A DNA stretch of 64,000 nt from an uncultured Methanosarcinales archaeon (GTDB lineage: Archaea > Nanobdellota > Nanobdellia > Woesearchaeales > CAYSVS01). Numbering within the stretch: the stretch's first letter is position 1; every line of letters begins with the position of its first letter. The notes beneath the pieces are model-generated. The model had not been told where the DNA came from. It saw only the letters and a program-made list of their open reading frames with translations, and ran no database searches. Positions 63,495-64,000 of the stretch are shown here, one piece after another. The position numbers were made by a program, and so were the translations under genes. The DNA lies in the NCBI GenBank assembly GCA_964589485.1, contig CAZPRK010000001.1, positions 48,369-112,368 on the forward strand, in the 5' to 3' direction.

Positions 63495-64000
63495 TTAAAC
63501 TTTTATTTTTAAAAAATCGTGAGCAATAATTACATTTTGATATGTATTTTTAGCATCCTCTAAAATAACATTATAATCTTTATATCTTTGACTAAAATGA
63601 TATAATACTAATTTTTTAACATTACTTTGATTAGCAATATTAGCTGCTTCCTCTGCTGTTAAATGTTTATATTGAATTGCTTTTTCTTGCTCATTACTAG
63701 TATATGTAGCTTCGCTAATTAACATATCACAATCTTCAGCAATTTTTAAACAATTAGAACAATATGCAGTATCTGCAATGTGTCCCACTATTTTACCTTT
63801 AATAGTGTACGTAACATCCTTGGAATTTATAATTTTATCATTAAATTTAACATTTTTTCCTGATTGAAGTTTTCCAAGTAAAGGGCCGTCAGGAATTTTT
63901 AATTTTTTTATTTTAGCTACATTAATTCTTTTTTTATCTTTTTCAATAAATTTAAATCCAAAACATAACATTTTATGATCTAATTTATAAGCTTCTAATG
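63495..64000 (-). CDS. rnz: Ribonuclease Z (tRNase Z), partial: N-terminus beyond window end
   Basis: Metallo-beta-lactamase C-terminal motifs (HIADTAY, LISEATY, LYHFSQRY). The reading frame stays open upstream of the listed ATG to the window edge. Confidence 0.6.
   Translation of the reverse strand, partial: LEAYKLDHKMLCFGFKFIEKDKKRINVAKIKKLKIPDGPLLGKLQSGKNVKFNDKIINSKDVTYTIKGKIVGHIADTAYCSNCLKIAEDCDMLISEATYTSNEQEKAIQYKHLTAEEAANIANQSNVKKLVLYHFSQRYKDYNVILEDAKNTYQNVIIAHDFLKIKV

Noticed and set aside
1-64000. CRISPR arrays, tRNA or rRNA genes
   Set aside because: No regularly spaced direct repeats and no GC-rich structured segments in any intergenic region. All intergenic gaps are under 260 bp and AT-rich.

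Overview
A 64-kb, very AT-rich archaeal chromosome segment. Archaeal identity rests on the genes present: MCM with intein, PolD DP1/DP2, Cdc6/Orc1, TBP, TFE, aIF2-beta, Hjc, PurP, and RNase P Rpp30. The minus strand of 1..11857 is one uninterrupted giant ORF of more than 3,950 codons (signal peptide, Cys-rich N-terminal modules, TSP3-like Ca-binding Asp repeats, about 12 PKD domains, three DUF1566/Lcl-like DWRxPT modules, C-terminal beta-sandwich repeats). It runs off the window start and is absent from the supplied ORF track. Next comes a surface-modification locus at 12.6-21.2 kb (PaaK-like adenylating enzyme, Cys-rich secreted protein, A24 prepilin-peptidase-like protein beside a small class-III-signal His/Ser-rich peptide, two radical-SAM enzymes, CE4-like deacetylase, DegT aminotransferase, PseG/MurG-like GT-B protein). 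A tight minus-strand operon follows at 21.2-26.5 kb: HTH/Cys regulator, IscS, degenerate ThiI-like THUMP protein, SAMP (C-terminal GG), NcsA/TtuA, Rpp30, truncated UDPGDH-like protein. A replication island covers 27.4-39.5 kb: RPA32-like OB protein, MCM with a LAGLIDADG intein in the P-loop, TBP, UbaA E1, and a cdc6-DP1-DP2 operon flanked by ORB-like motifs. Then aIF2-beta, a TrmB-family regulator, and a 20-kb purine supercluster (purD, MTHFS, folD, purN with non-canonical start, purB, purA, two purP, fused guaA, purH, purF, a PurQ-PurC-PurE triple fusion, long PurS-like-PurL, GNAT, purM). The window ends with an eIF-2B family protein, TFE-alpha with a lysine-rich tail, Hjc, and a partial RNase Z. 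No rRNA, tRNA or CRISPR was seen. All calls rest on reading motifs by eye; no searches were run.
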